The notes under the pieces were generated by a model. It made no database searches, was not told where the DNA came from, and worked only from the letters and a program-made list of their open reading frames with translations. The position numbers and the translations under genes are program-made. Shown here piece after piece: positions 36,288-50,234 of a stretch of DNA of 64,000 nt; within the stretch, counting starts at the first letter, position 1, and the number at the start of each line of letters is the position of its first letter. Source of the stretch: Octopus vulgaris (Eukaryota); contig OX597821.1 in assembly GCA_951406725.2 (NCBI GenBank), forward strand, positions 77,686,001-77,750,000. Reading direction: 5' to 3'.

Positions 36288-36855
36288 TCTATCTATCTAT
36301 CTATCTATCTAACTATCTATCTCTCTCTTTCTCTATCTATCTATCTAAATGCTTATCAAGGCATAACTACTCAAGTGCGTCCCTATATATCTGTACACAC
36401 ACACACACACTTGGTCATCGTTTGAAGATTTAATTAAATGTTTAACGTATTTATTATCTGACAACTCATTGAAATTAATGAAAATTATTGTATAAAAAAT
36501 TGTAAAATATTGAGAAGGTACTTTCACCCCTCTAATTAGTGCTAAGGGCCTGGGAGTTTTGACCCTTAAAGTTAAACTCCCTTCAAGTCCTAATGTCTTA
36601 ATTTCTTTATAGATTTTTGTTTATTGGTTTTTAAAAAAAGATCGCTGAGATATGCTGTTTGTCTGTTGTAAGTTTTGCGGTTTTATAATGATGTCAAATG
36701 ATAAATCTGTTGTTACAGGCGAACAACGCATTTTTATAAAGAATGTTCGCGTAATTTAGTTCACATGTTTATTTCAGTGTCAGTGCGCGCACGCCTCACA
36801 CACACACACACACACACGTATGTGTGTGAGTGTATCTCGGGTGGGTCATTATGCC

Positions 36856-36908
<53 letters not shown>

Positions 36909-37088
36909 GTGTTTAGCTATCTATAAAATCTATCTACCATTCCGCCCTCTTTTGGATCCGTTTATCGTTTTTCTTTCCAATGACCTTAGAAGATGGTGTT
37001 TATTAAATTACACAGGTGTTTAATTAAAACATTTTCCATATTTAAGATTTCATATCCTATTCTTCATGTTTATCCATCTCTAAAGTGC

Positions 37089-37128
<40 letters not shown>

Positions 37129-38126
37129 TACGTATTTGACACGATGGTGGCAGTGGTAGTTATTAGCTGCAGGAACTGGACTTATAACAACAAGTATTTT
37201 ATATTTTGTGTTGATACTTAAACGATGGCCATACAGTGTTTAAATATCAAGCTATGTGAGCCGAAGAAATGGATATTTATGCCCAACTCATCAGCTGATC
37301 CTTGTAGTATTGTAACCCTAAGCTTGTATGGCGTGCGAGTGAATTGACCTGGACAAGCTAACAAAGAACCTTTATGTGGTCACTCGACTTGCTAGAAATA
37401 GCAGCTAACGGTTCTACTTCCTTAAAAAGGACGTATTAAATAATGTAGCTCTGCATACTAAATGGACAGATTGGTCACGGTTGGCAGTCTTTTAATTATA
37501 GGTTTGCTTGATCAGACAGTGGCGAAAGTAAAGAATATGTACATAGGGTGGTTAGGGTTTTTGTCACGCCGAAAACGGGTGGTGTACGTATTGTTTACCT
37601 CCGCCCAGACTGCAGCAAATATTGGATTACCAGTTCATAGGTGTTGATTAAACCTTGGTTAAATCTAAATGGTATCCGTTCGTATATCTGGAAAGTAAAG
37701 GTTGATTGTTATATGCATGTTTCCCAAGTTGTCGCGTATGCGGACCTGATACATCCGGAAATGTGAGCTGAAATTGTCACACATCCTAGCCACGGGCAGA
37801 TTTATCTCTCCTTCGCTTGGTGTTGTGAATCATGGCCATCACCATTTAACGTCCATGTTCCATGCTGGCATGTGTTGGACGGTTCGATAGGTGCTGCTGG
37901 TAAACCAGAAGGATGCACCAAACACCAGTGCCTGCTTTGACATGCTTTCTACAGCTTAATAGCTCTTCCTAACGTCAACCACTTTACAGAGTGTATTGGG
38001 TGCTTTCTACGTGATAGCTGCACCTGTGTGGTCTCCAAGTATCTTGTAAGGCAAGATCCTCTCATCTGCGCAAGGAGTTCTATTGAAGCCAAAACAAAAC
38101 AGCTCTTATGAAATAAGATTCTCATA

Positions 38127-38688
38127 TACCGTATTTTAACGTGTATAAGGAGGGTTAATTTGGAAAACGGTTTTGTAAGGGATTATAATACTATCCATTT
38201 ATAAGAAACTCCTATATTTTTTAACCTAATTTAAAAAAAAAAGGGTTCCTTATATAGGCGCAGGAGTGGCTGTGTGGTAAGTAGCTTGCTTACCAACCAC
38301 ATGGTTCTGGGTTCAGTCCCACTGTGTGGCACCTTGGGGAAGTGTCTTCTACTGTAGCCTCTGGCCGACCAAAGCCTTGTGAGTGGATCTGGTAGACAGA
38401 AACTGAAAGAAGCCCGTCGTATATATGTGTATATCTATCTATCTATATATATATTTATATGTGTGTGTGTGTGTCCCCGAAATCGCTTGACAACTGATGC
38501 TGGTGTGTTTACATACCCGTAACTTAGTAGTTCAGCAAAAGAGACCGATAGAATAAGTACTAGGCTTACAAAGAATAAGTCCTGGGGGCGATTTGCTCAG
38601 CTAAAGGTGGTGCTCCATCATGGCCGCAGTCAAATGACTGAAACAAGTAAAAGAGTAAAGAGATAGTATGCACGTTAGAATATGGTAT
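38127..38688. mobile_element. Tc1/mariner-superfamily MITE (CCGTA-type TIR) containing a full SINE A (38257-38662, +)
   Basis: ta-ccgtattttaacgtgtata ... tatgcacgttagaatatgg-ta. Confidence 0.65.
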
Positions 38689-39020
38689 ATAAACTGAGGA
38701 ATGGAATCTTGCAGTTAAATCTGACTTTTAAGGACCCTGCATGACATCCGCGTTCACATAGCTCTCTCCTGGAATACTACAGAAGTGACTCAGTAGTTTC
38801 TTAGTTTTTCTTCCACCAGACTTGGAGTTTACAGCTAGGCAGACTGAGCCATTTTGCAAGTTCAGTGTGATGCTGTTGCAAAACTGTGCCATGAATGGGA
38901 CAATAATCACAGGTTTCTTGGTTGGATTGCCATTACTCTATCCATTTGGACATTTGAATGTTTGGTCTATTTTCCTGTCAACTAATTTTCACTCACAATA
39001 TTTAAACAAACCTTTACAAA

Positions 39021-39665
39021 GGCACAGGAGTGGCTATGTGGTAAGTAGCTTGCTTTCCAACCACATGGTTCTGGGTTCAGTGTCACTGTGTGGCACCTTG
39101 GGCAAGTGTCTTCTACTATAGCCTTGGGCTGACCACAAAATCGAAATCGCTCAAAAATCAATGGAAATTGTAGTTGTGATACCAGTGCCGGTGGCACGTA
39201 AAAGAACCATCCGAACGTGGCTGTTGCCAGCGCTGCCTCGACTGGCCTGTGTCCCAGTGGCATGTAAAAAGCACCCACTACACTCATGGAGTGGTTGGCA
39301 TTAGGAAGGGCATCCAGCTGTAGAAACACTGCCAGATCAGACTGGGCCTGGTGCAGCCTCCTGGCTTCCCAGACCCCAGTCGAACCGTCCAACCCATGCT
39401 AGCATGGAAAGCAGACGTTAAACAATGATGATGATGAAACTGAAAGAATCCTGTTGTATGTGTGTGTGTGGTGTGTGTGTCTGTGTTTGTCCCTCACATT
39501 ATCGCTTGACAACTGATGTTGGTGTGTCTAATTCCCTGTAACTTAGCAGTTCGGTAAGAGAGACCGATAGAATAAGTACTAGGCTTACAAAGTATAAGTC
39601 CTGGGGTCGATTTGTTTGACTAAAAGTGGCTGCTGTCAAATGACTGAAACAAATAAAAGAATAAA
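39021..39665 (+). mobile_element. SINE A interrupted by family C RTE tail (39140-39437)
   Basis: Head 39021-39137, tail 39438-39665. Confidence 0.8.
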
Positions 39666-39740
39666 ATGCATGTGGTTGGTTAAAACATGCTGTGATGTAA
39701 CATGATATTTATTTTGTCAGTACTCTAATGAATGAAAAGT

Positions 39741-40020
39741 GAGGTCACATGGCTTAGTGGTTAGGGCATGCAGTTTATGATCGTAATGTTGTGAGTTCAA
39801 TTCCTGGCAGCATGTTGTGTCCTTGAGCAAGACACTTTATTTTGCATTGCCCCTGTCCTCTCAGTTGGGAAATATGTGTTGTAGGGGTAGTTCACAGAGC
39901 CAGCCTTGTTTATTCTGTCACACTGAATCTCCCTGAGAACTATGTTAAGGATACGTGTGTCTATGGAGTACTCAGCCACTTGTATGTTGATTTCATGAGC
40001 AAGAAACACTTGTTGTCGTA
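39741..40020 (+). mobile_element. tRNA-derived SINE (further family)
   Basis: tggcttagtggttag..gagttcaattcc..gttgtgtccttgagcaagacacttta. Confidence 0.7.
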
Positions 40021-41314
40021 ATGGATGGAGTGCCAGATTAATAAAATCCTAAGAAGTGGTAAACACAGAATTGAGAACATGAGAGCCTCATAAGTAGGAG
40101 TTGGAACAAAAATCTGACTCCATCTCTGACTCCTGTACTATTGGCACCCCTGACTCTGACTCTGACTCCTCTTTATGTAATTAAGTGATTGTGGTCTACA
40201 TATCTCATAAAGCATATGCATACACTTGTACTTCGGGTAGGCCTATATGTTATAACTGGTTTATATTAAAGAATAAAGACATTAAAAGTTGGATTCGGTA
40301 TAGTTTTACCGACTCCGACTCTAGTTACCCCACTTAATTGTTTCTGATTCTGACTCCACAGCCCTGGTTGTAAATGAGCATCATCATTGTCATCACCATC
40401 ATCATACAAGCGAGGTTGTTTGTTACCTGTCTTCCATGAAAACCATGTCTGGTCATGGGGAAACCTTGCCTCCGTCGGAAACAAGTAAGGGTTGGTGGCA
40501 GGAAAGGTAACTCGCCACAGAAACTGTGCTTTTGACAAAGTCATCTGACCCATGCGAGCATGGAAAAGTGGAAGTTAAACCAATGATTTTGATGGTGATG
40601 ATGATAATGATGTTTGTATATATATCCGACACATGAAGATCATTAGATACTTTACAGAACAAAACACAGTGTTGCTCAAAAAGCAAAAAAAAAAAAAAAA
40701 AAAAGGAAAAGAAAGTCAAACAGTCAGCTGGATGCTAATACTTGAGTACCATATCAAACACATCTCGAAAACATAGTGTGTGGTTGACATTTTAAAATTC
40801 ATTTGTTGATCGAAGGAAACGGAATGATATTATAACCGTTACTTTTGCAAGTTATGGCTGTCATCGACTGCCGTTCTCTGAATTTAAAGGTTATCTTTCA
40901 CCATTAGTGAGAAGATCCAGTTTAGCTCTGCTTCACTAGGCTTACGAGATAGATAAGATGGTCGTCTCTCGAGGAAACATTTAGAAATGACTCAGAAACA
41001 GGGCAACGAGGGGGTAGTTTGCAGCGCTGGTTATCTGTGGCCTTCTGCTTGTTTCACTCACTGGAAGGTGGCCATGCTGGGACACTGCTCTGAAGGGATT
41101 TAGTGGAACAAACGAACCACAGTATTTAGCTATTGCTTTTTTTTTTTGTTCATAAAGTCTGGTACTTATTCTATCAGTCTCTTTTGCTGAACTGCTAAAT
41201 CACAGGGACATAAACAAACTGACAGTGGTTGTGAAGCAGTGGATGAGACAAACTTAAAAGCATATATACATCATATCTGTTTCGCTCTCTTTCTCTCTCT
41301 CCCTCTCTCTCTCC

Positions 41315-41365
<51 letters not shown>

Positions 41366-41373
41366 TAAATGCA

Positions 41374-41412
<39 letters not shown>

Positions 41413-41881
41413 ATACAATCATTTCAAGCAACTCCATTTAATTGAACAATGCAACCATTACATTAATTTAAATGCAGAGCAATCCTCAGTTGCATAATGA
41501 CAGAATTACATTAAATTAAAACAGATGGACACATAAGTATAATTTTGTCTAACACCTCCAAGAAGGTAAGGAGATAGACAAAGAACATGCTGTCTTCACT
41601 TCATCTTAGAAGCTGCAAAGGTATCAAGAAGAAAGACTTCTTGAGATCTAGCTTGTCATTGTTTTTTGGGGTCAGTTTTAATTTATAGTCTTATTTATCA
41701 AATCTTTGTATATCAAAAAACCAGCGTTGGTGTGTTTATGTCCCCGTAACTTTGTGGTTTGCCAAAAGACAGTGATAGAATAAGTATTAGCCTTGCAAAG
41801 AATAAATCCTGGGGGGTTGATTTGTTTGACTAAAAGCGATGCTCCAGCATGGCTACAGTCAAATGACTGAAACAAATAAAA

Positions 41882-41919
<38 letters not shown>

Positions 41920-41920
<1 letters not shown>

Positions 41921-42285
41921 CATCATCATCAATGTCTGTTTTCCATGCTGGCATGGGTTGGACAGCTTGACAGGAACTGGTAAAGTCAGGGATCACACCA
42001 GGTCCCATAGCCTGGTTTCTACAGCTGGATGCCTTCCTAATTCCAACAACTTTACTGAGTGTATTGGGTGTGCTTTTTACATGGCACCATCACCAGTGGC
42101 ACTTTGATTTTAGGATATCAGTTCTGTTGTGGTGGATGGATCTTCTTGAGTACTGCACGGGGCCACATATCTCAGTCCTCTGTCGTCTTTCTAAGGCCTA
42201 GCGTCTTGAGATCAGCCTTCAGTACTTTGTCCCATATCTTCCTGGGTCTCCCTCTTCCCCGATTTCCTTCCACTTTAAGTGATAT
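41920..42285 (-). mobile_element. RTE LINE 3' fragment including ORF C-terminus
   Basis: Minus strand KVEGNRGRGRPRKIWDKVLKADLKTLGL..ED*DMW joined to family C tail. Confidence 0.85.
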
Positions 42286-42657
42286 ACATATGTGTATTTA
42301 TGGAGGTCCATCATCTTCCACAATAGCCCTGGTCAGCCCAGAGCTATCTTAGAAGACATTTCCCTAAGGTGCCACGTAATGGGACTGAACCTGAAACCAC
42401 AGCCTACATAATGGAGATGAATAAAAAAATTATTACTGATACACTTTATTTGGAAAGTTAAAGGAAAAAAACAGAGGAAAACTGTTTTTTATTTTGTTTT
42501 AATTGTCGTACATGTGTGTAACAAATTCACGAATAACATGCTCTTGATTGTGTTCAGACATTATTATATCTTTTGTGAGGCCTTAAATCCTCCATCCATC
42601 CATCCATCTCTACCCACTATTCCTGCGAAGTAGAGTCCTCGAGAACTTCTTCTACAG

Positions 42658-42994
42658 CAGGGGTTCTTAACCATTTTTTTTATCTATGGACCCCTTTGAT
42701 TACTGTTTTATTCTAGTGGATCCCCATAGCAATTCGATGTTTAAAAACTAGTCTTATAGAAACTTCTTTTGAAATTCCTATTTTAATTTTCACACAGATT
42801 GAATTATGTAAAATGTTAGAGAAAGAAACCCAGCTGTTTCTTGCAATACATACCAGTACATACAGCTAAAGCAAAAGTTTTTAAGGGGCCCTCAAAAAAC
42901 TGTTGAGGATTCACAAATTACTATTTTGTTGTGTGGTCCCCCAAAACTTATATAGATCCTCAGGGACTGTATGGACTCCAGTTGAGAACCACTG
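42658..42994. mobile_element. hAT Charlie-like MITE
   Basis: TIRs caggggttcttaac / gttgagaaccactg. Confidence 0.8.
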
Positions 42995-43583
42995 CTCTGT
43001 AGGGTCTTTTTGAAGCAACAATTATTACACTTTCTGGTTGGATTCAAGCATTACCATCTAGTTCTTGGTGTATCTTTAGGTCTCCTGTTGGTTGGCTCAG
43101 CTTGAAGAATCTGTCCTGTTGTTCTTTCCTGTGACATTCTAACCACATGTCCTTTGTACTGGAGCTGTGCCCTCGCAATGCCTTGAATTACATTAAAAAA
43201 AAGTAAAACTACACAGAGCACCTAAATACCTCTTAAGGGGCACCAGTGTGCCACGGTATGCTGTTTGAGAATTATTGATCCATGATTGATTGAACCTAAT
43301 TTTTATTGGGCTTTTTGCCAAAGATCTTTGCCTGTGTCATCAGTAGCTGATAGGGATGATCTTTAGTCAAGAATGAGCTTATTCAGCTCTCATAGTGTGA
43401 AATGTTGCTCATATGTTTAGCCCCGTGTCAGTGCTGACTGAGAAGACTTTTGATCAAAGGCATTCAATCCATGATCACCCAATCTTTGTTGTGTTTTTAG
43501 GACTACATTGTCTAATGTGTCTTCTGGTTTTTTTTATTTGTATTTACATTTCTTTTGAAAGATAGTAGGTATTCTTTGGGGGA

Positions 43584-43930
43584 AATGTAGCTGCTATATC
43601 TAGCCGGTCATGTGACGATGTAGAGACTCCCTCATTGGTTTACAGTGTTAAATGCAGTTGCTATTTCTAGCACTCAATGTGACTGTGATTACGTAGAGGC
43701 CCCTTCATTGGCTTATTATATTAAATGTAGCTGCTATTTCTAGCAGGTCATGTGACTATGTAGAGACTCCCTCATTGGTTTACAGTGTTAAATGCAGTTG
43801 CTATTTCTAGCACTCTGTGTGACTGTGATTACGTAGAGGCCCCTTCATTGGCTTATTATATTAAATGTAGCTGCTATTTCTAGCAGGTCGTGGGAGCCTA
43901 AAAAAGGCCTCATTATTGGTTTATAGCATT
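43584..43930. repeat. Tandem repeat with alternating ~66/73-bp monomers (~139-bp dimer)
   Basis: aaatgtagctgctatttctagcaggtcatgtgac.. and aaatgcagttgctatttctagcactc.. alternate A-B-A-B-A. Confidence 0.88.
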
Positions 43931-44614
43931 TAATAAGCCTCAGACACAGTCCTGATTAGGAAGGGTGTTTGTTTTATCTACAGATACTGATTTCACTAAT
44001 GACAAGAGGAGGGGTAGGGGTGGGGGGTGGATTCAGACTAAGTAAATGTTCAAAGTTGATGAAGCACTAATTAATATAATTATCAACCCTGTATGTGTTA
44101 TAATTAAACAATTGACAATTCTGCAGTCATACATTATACTTTAAACAAATGGTTTCTTTTTATGTTTGTTTTTTTTTTTTAATCTTCACATTCATCCATT
44201 TTTAAATGCTTCCAGGAACCGTTTTTCCATATGAGAAGAGGATTTTAATTCCTCCCTTCACTCTTCTTCATTTCTGGAGAAAGGGAAAACTGCAAGTGTC
44301 CCCTTATGACTTTTCTGACATTGCAAAACTTCTGATTCTGGGAACAAAAAAAAAAAAAGCAAGGGAGAAAGTGATTTGAGCCTTGCCTTGTACTTTAAAT
44401 GATGAGTGGACATTAAATGATGAGGATGCTGATGATGAAGGATGAAAATGAAAGTTGACCAAGCAGGGTTTGAACTCTGATCACAGAGAGCTTGAATAAA
44501 TACTAGAAGGCATTCTAGTTGATGCCCTAATAATTTTGTCAGCTGCCCCTTATAATGCATTACTATCCTTAGTGAGTCTTGAACTTACAATCTCTGTATT
44601 TCTACCAATATCTT

Positions 44615-45011
44615 CTATCTTTTACTTGCTTCAGTCATTAGACTGTGGCCATGCTGGGGCACCGCTTTGAAGAATTTTAGTTGAACGAATCGACCCCAGT
44701 ACTTATTCTTTTTAAGCCTGATGCTTATTCTATCAGTCTCTTGTGCCAAACTGTTAAGTTACAGGGATGTAAACACACCAATGCCGGTTGGCAAGCAGTG
44801 GTGCAGGACAAACACAGACACACAAAGATATATACACACATACATATGACAGGCTTCTTTCAGTTTCCATCTACCAAATCCATTTGCAAGACTTTGGTCG
44901 ACCTGAGGCTATTGTAGAAGGCACTTGCCCAAGGTGTCATGCAGTGAGACTGAACCCAGAACCATGTGGGTGGTAAGCAAGCTACTTAACACACAGCCAC
45001 TCATGCGCCTA
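44615..45011 (-). mobile_element. SINE family A
   Basis: Match to consensus. Confidence 0.85.
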
Positions 45012-45031
45012 TGTTTGCATATTATTTATAA

Positions 45032-45668
45032 CTAGCAGTATCGCCCGGCGTTGCTCGGGTTTGTAAGGGAAATAACTATATAAGCATTTTTAGAGAGTTA
45101 TAGCCAAAAAATAGCAAAAAATGCATTAAAAATGGAAAAAATATGATGGTAAATTTTTTTTTAAATCGTTGACTCATCGTAGACATTTTTAGAGAGTTAC
45201 TTCCCTTATATAATAGCGAAAAAATGCATTAAAATGGAAAAAAAACGATGGTAAATTTTTTTTTAAATCGTAGACTCATGTAGACGCTTTCTTAGCCATT
45301 TCTCTTTTGGTGTCTTGAAGCCATGAAGTCGTTGTTCTAAAAGAACACTGGTCTCCTTGACAACGCATTACGACGTTGATTTCCTTACACTCCCTTCCCC
45401 ACAGGTGCAGGTGTGAGCGTGGACGCCAACTCCGCCGCCATCGACACACGAAAAATTAGGCATTAAAATGGAATAAAAAATGATGTTAAATTATTTTTAA
45501 AATCGTAGACTCATCGTAGACGCGCGCTAATATTCAGACGGGCTCGATATGAATCACGACTATAAGCTACCCGAATTTGGTTAAACTGTACCGCAAAATG
45601 TGGGAGTAGTTAGGAATCTAAATCGAAGGGGACAGACACTCACACAACTACAGTTTTATATATATAGA
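45032..45668 (-). mobile_element. Non-autonomous Helitron-type element
   Basis: Minus strand A|TC start, subterminal hairpin cccgagcaacgccggg, CTAG|T end, no TSD. Confidence 0.8.
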
Positions 45669-45749
45669 TATACATAGCGCAGTAGTGGTGAGATATGACA
45701 GCAAAGAAAAGCATACATTCACTCTCTGCATGCAATTAGACTCGGAAAG

Positions 45750-46035
45750 TTCGTGAGGAACCCATTGACCCAATTTGCTGACTTTTCCGATAGCACACAG
45801 GTGTCAATGAATGGTTGAATGACCAAATCCAAGCTTCTCTGCTAGTTCCTCAACAGTTACGATGATATTTTGTTCCACCAGGGTTTTCAGGATGTCCTTG
45901 TCGAGTTCTACAGATCTTTCAGGATGAGGCTCGTCTTCTAGGCTGTAGTTTATGGCTCGGGATTTCTGGAACCACCATTGACACTGCCTTACGCTTATTG
46001 TCCAATCCCCATATACTGCATTAATATTTCTTGTA
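45750..46035 (-). pseudogene. Mariner transposase N-terminal (HTH) fragment
   Basis: RNINAVYG..WFQK..SLEDEP..TVEELAEKLGFGHSTIH. Confidence 0.85.
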
Positions 46036-46338
46036 CTTTGCACACATTTATATTCTGTTATTCTTTTATATGTTTCAGCCTTGAGGTTGTGGCCATGCTG
46101 GATCATGTGTGTGTGTGTGTCTATCTGTCTGTCTGTCTGTATGTATATATGTATATGTATGTGTGTGAACAATAATATTTTCAACAGATGTGTTGCAAAT
46201 GTATCTGATTGTTCTCAAGCTTCAATACTGTGTGTGTGTGTATGTGTGTGTGTGTATGTATGTATGTATATGTATGTATGTATGTATGTATATGTATGTA
46301 TGTATGTATGTATGTGTGTGTATGTATGTGTGTGTGTA

Positions 46339-46373
<35 letters not shown>

Positions 46374-47356
46374 ATGTATGTATGTATGTATGTATGTATG
46401 AGTGTATGTTTACTTTATTACTAATTACTCTCTTCCAAGAACATTTTCACTCACTCTTAGCTCTTAGCTTCCCATACATTTTACTCATGTATCTATCATC
46501 GTCATAGACAGAATACTTTCACTTTAGTCTTCCTCAAATCACTCTGTCCGCTATTTACTTTCATTTTATTCGTTGCCCACTGTGTGTGTGCGTTTGCGTG
46601 TGGTGTAAACCAGACTAAGAAAAGCATTTGACACACACACCAGAATGTGAGTTTTCTGTAAATTTTGCTTAATTGGAGTTTAAATTTTAAAAACTGGACC
46701 TGGCATGACGCGATGCATTGTACTCTTAAAAATGCCAGGTAAATTGTAATTGAAGAAATCCTATATTGTAGATTTGTATAACTCCCAAAGGGAGGCAGAT
46801 AAAATCTGCCTTTTATAATAAGAGATTTTCCAGTTTCTGTAAGAAACACTACAGTAGAAGACAAGGTGCCATGTGGTGGGACTGAACCTGGAACCATGTG
46901 GTTGGGAAGCAAGCTTCTTACCACACAGCCACGTTGGAAAAAAAAAACACAAGGACTGCACTGTGTATAAGTATGGACCAGACCTTCATTTGGAGATATT
47001 AATGAATTGTAACCTCTTTCATAGCCGGGTGGGGACGAGAAATAGAGATTTAATTATGTTTGTCTGTAACAGAGGGAAATATTGGTGATAGGAAGTGAAT
47101 CATTGACATTTCACTCAGCTGTAGACACTCTCACTTCAACTAACGGATGACTTGTGGCTTTTTCTCATCCAGAAGGTCATCTAACCATAAAATACTGCTA
47201 GAAATAACAGCCATATTTCCATTAAATCACACTTGAAAGATCTTCAAAATGATGATATATAAGACTGTATTTGATATGATATCTCAGATTACATTAGTTG
47301 ATATATCGTCATCATCATCATCATCATTTAACATTTGTTTTTCATGCTAGCATATA

Positions 47357-47742
47357 GGTGCAGGTGTAGCCGCATGGTAAGAAACTTGCTTTCCAACCAC
47401 ACGGTTCTCGGTTCAGTCCCATTGTGTGGCACCTTGGGCAAGAGTCTTTTACTGTAACCTCAGACCAACCAAAGCCTTGTGGAATGCGTTTGGTAGACGG
47501 AAACTGAAAGAAGGTTGTCGTGTGTGAGTCTATGTTTGTCCCCCCCCCCTCCACTAGAGACCTGGTGTTGGTGTGTTTATGTCCCTGTAACAATAGCGGT
47601 TCAGCAAATGAGATAACTACCAGGCTTGACAAAAAATTAGAAAAATAAATATCGGGCTTGATTCGTGTAACTAAAAATTCTTCAAGTCAGTGCTCCAGCA
47701 TGGCCACAGTCTAATGACTGAAACAAGTAAAAGATAAAAGAT
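47357..47742 (+). mobile_element. SINE family A
   Basis: Match to consensus. Confidence 0.82.
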
Positions 47743-48079
47743 ATGAGGCTTGAATGACTGTCCGGATAGTCATAGTCGGATTGCTTGAAATAGCAGTCAA
47801 ATTGCCTTTAAATCATACCATTCCATCTTAAACCGTTCCATCCATGCCAGTATGGAAAGTGGACGATAAATGATGTTGATGATGATGATGATGATGTATG
47901 ATTAAATTAACCCAGAATATTGCTTATTGTTATCCAATCTTCCATGAAAACATGTCCAGTCATGAGGAAATAACTTACCTGGAGACAAGTGAGGGTTGGC
48001 AGCTGGAATGGCATCCACCTGCTGAAATTCTTCCTAAACAAAATCCATCTGGCCCATGCAAGCATGGAAAGTGGTCGTT

Positions 48080-48111
<32 letters not shown>

Positions 48112-48254
48112 GGTGGTGATGATGTTGCTTTGGCCTTTAGTGCAAACTTTCTTTTTAGTACTTTTGGTTGTGTGCCAATATATCTATGAAGAATAATCTA
48201 CAAAGACTCAGTCTGATTTCTATATTCCATACCTCCTTTGATCTACTTCTCTCT

Positions 48255-48780
48255 TCATCATCATCATCATCATCGTTTAACGTCTGCTTTCCATGCTGGC
48301 ATGGGTTGACGGTTCGACTGGGGTCTGGGAAGCCAGGAGGCTGTACCAGGCTCCAGTCTGATCTGGCAGTGTTTCTACAGCTGGATGCCATTCCTAACAC
48401 CAACCACTCCGTGAGTGTAGTGGGTGCTTTTTACGTGCCACCAGCACAGATGCCAGGCGAGGCTGGCAATGGCTATGATCGGTTGGTGCCTTTTATGTGC
48501 CACCAGCACGGAGGCTAGTCGAGGCGGTGCTGGCAATAGCCATGTTTGGATGGTTCTTTTACGTGCCACCGGCACTGGTATCACAACTACAATTTCCATT
48601 GATTTTTGATCAGTTTCACTTGCATCAACAGGTCTTTGCAAGCAGAATTTTGTGTCCCAAGAAGGAAAGGTATGCATAAGTGGACTGGCTACATCCCTGG
48701 TAAAGGCCATGTGTTATGGTCTCACTTGTCCTACCGGGTCTTCTCACGCACAGCATATTTCCAAAGGTCTCAGTCACTAG
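48255..48780 (-). mobile_element. RTE LINE 3' fragment (family C) with ORF end
   Basis: Minus strand DLWKYAVREKTR* followed by family C UTR and (GAT)n. Confidence 0.85.
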
Positions 48781-48828
48781 TCTCTTATTTGTATATTTTC
48801 CATTACAAGTCCTCAAATATACCTCGCC

Positions 48829-48859
<31 letters not shown>

Positions 48860-48945
48860 AGTTATAGTGTCTAAAATAGCTTAGTTCTCTAACACCTACT
48901 TCTCAGGCTCAGTTACCATATTTACTAAAAAAAAAAGTGCTTCTA

Positions 48946-49188
48946 GGTGCAGGAGTGGCTGTGTGGTAAGAAGCTTCCTTCCCAACCACATGTTTGGTCA
49001 AGCTATGGCACCTTGGGCAAGTGTCTCCTACTATAGATTCAGGTCAACCAAAGCCTTGTGAGTGGATTTGGTAGATGGAAATTGAAAGAAATCTGTCGTA
49101 TTTATATATATGTATGCATGCATGTATTAATTAATAATAATAAATTGCCAACAAAAGAATGAGACCTCGATATTATGAAAATAGAGGA

Positions 49189-49220
<32 letters not shown>

Positions 49221-49425
49221 TTGTGTGATTGTGTTTGTCCTGCCAACATCACTTGAAAACTGATGCTGGTGTGTTCATGTCCCAGCATCGTAACCTAGAG
49301 GTTCGGTGAGAGAGACTAATAGAATAAGTTCTAGGCTTACAAAGAATAAGTCCTGGGGTCAGTTTGTTCGACTAAAGGTGATGCTCCAGCATGGCTGCAG
49401 TCAAATGACTGAAACAAGTAAAAGA
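48946..49425 (+). mobile_element. SINE family A with internal insertion
   Basis: Head and tail match consensus. Confidence 0.8.
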
Positions 49426-49477
49426 ATTTAGAAGGTATTTTACTTAGTAATAAAGGTGTGGATCTGAGAGGGGAATA

Positions 49478-49849
49478 TCTCTCTCTATATAAACGGCAGT
49501 TTGTCTGTGCGTTTTCTGTGTGTCTGTTTTCTCGTACCCTCACTCTGACCACGGCTTTCAACCGATTCTGATGAAACTTGACACACACATAGCCCAATGT
49601 CATAATTCAAAACTAACGCAGCGAAAATTTTGAAAAGTTCCCCCAGTTCTGAAAAAAATCGATAAATTCGACATGGGGTCGAGAATCAGAAACCCAAACC
49701 ACAGACCGTCTAGGGGGCGCAACTCCACCTTTTTTAACTCTCAAAAAAATTTACTATCATTTTTTTGCTATTTTTTGGCTATAACTCTCTAAAAATGCTT
49801 TATAGTTATTTCCCTTACAAACCTGAGCAACGCCGGGCGATACTGCTAG
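49478..49849 (+). mobile_element. Non-autonomous Helitron-type element
   Basis: A|TC start, ends cctgagcaacgccgggcgatactgCTAG|T; 3' ~100 bp shared with 45032-45130. Confidence 0.8.
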
Positions 49850-50234
49850 TCTTGAATAAAATCATGTATTTTCATTCACCCAAAACCAAAAACTTTTACC
49901 AGGCCCTCGTATATTTGGAATGGATGTAACTAGTTTAAATGTTAAGAGGTTAATTTTCATTACCTGCTGTTTCTTACTTGGAGCGGTGATGATGGAATCC
50001 TTGTAGATAACCTGTGACGTGAACACTTATCAGAACTGTGACGTCACATGACTCAAATTTGGACCTATAATAAATGTTTATTTAAATGTGGTTAATACCA
50101 TATGATGACAGACTATGAAGAAGCCAACACTTATACAAGCTTTTAACCCATTTTGTTACCATATTTTGATTCGAAACCCACTGCTTTTGTTTTAACTAAT
50201 TTCAGAAATAGTTGAGAATTTTGTAGAATAGACC

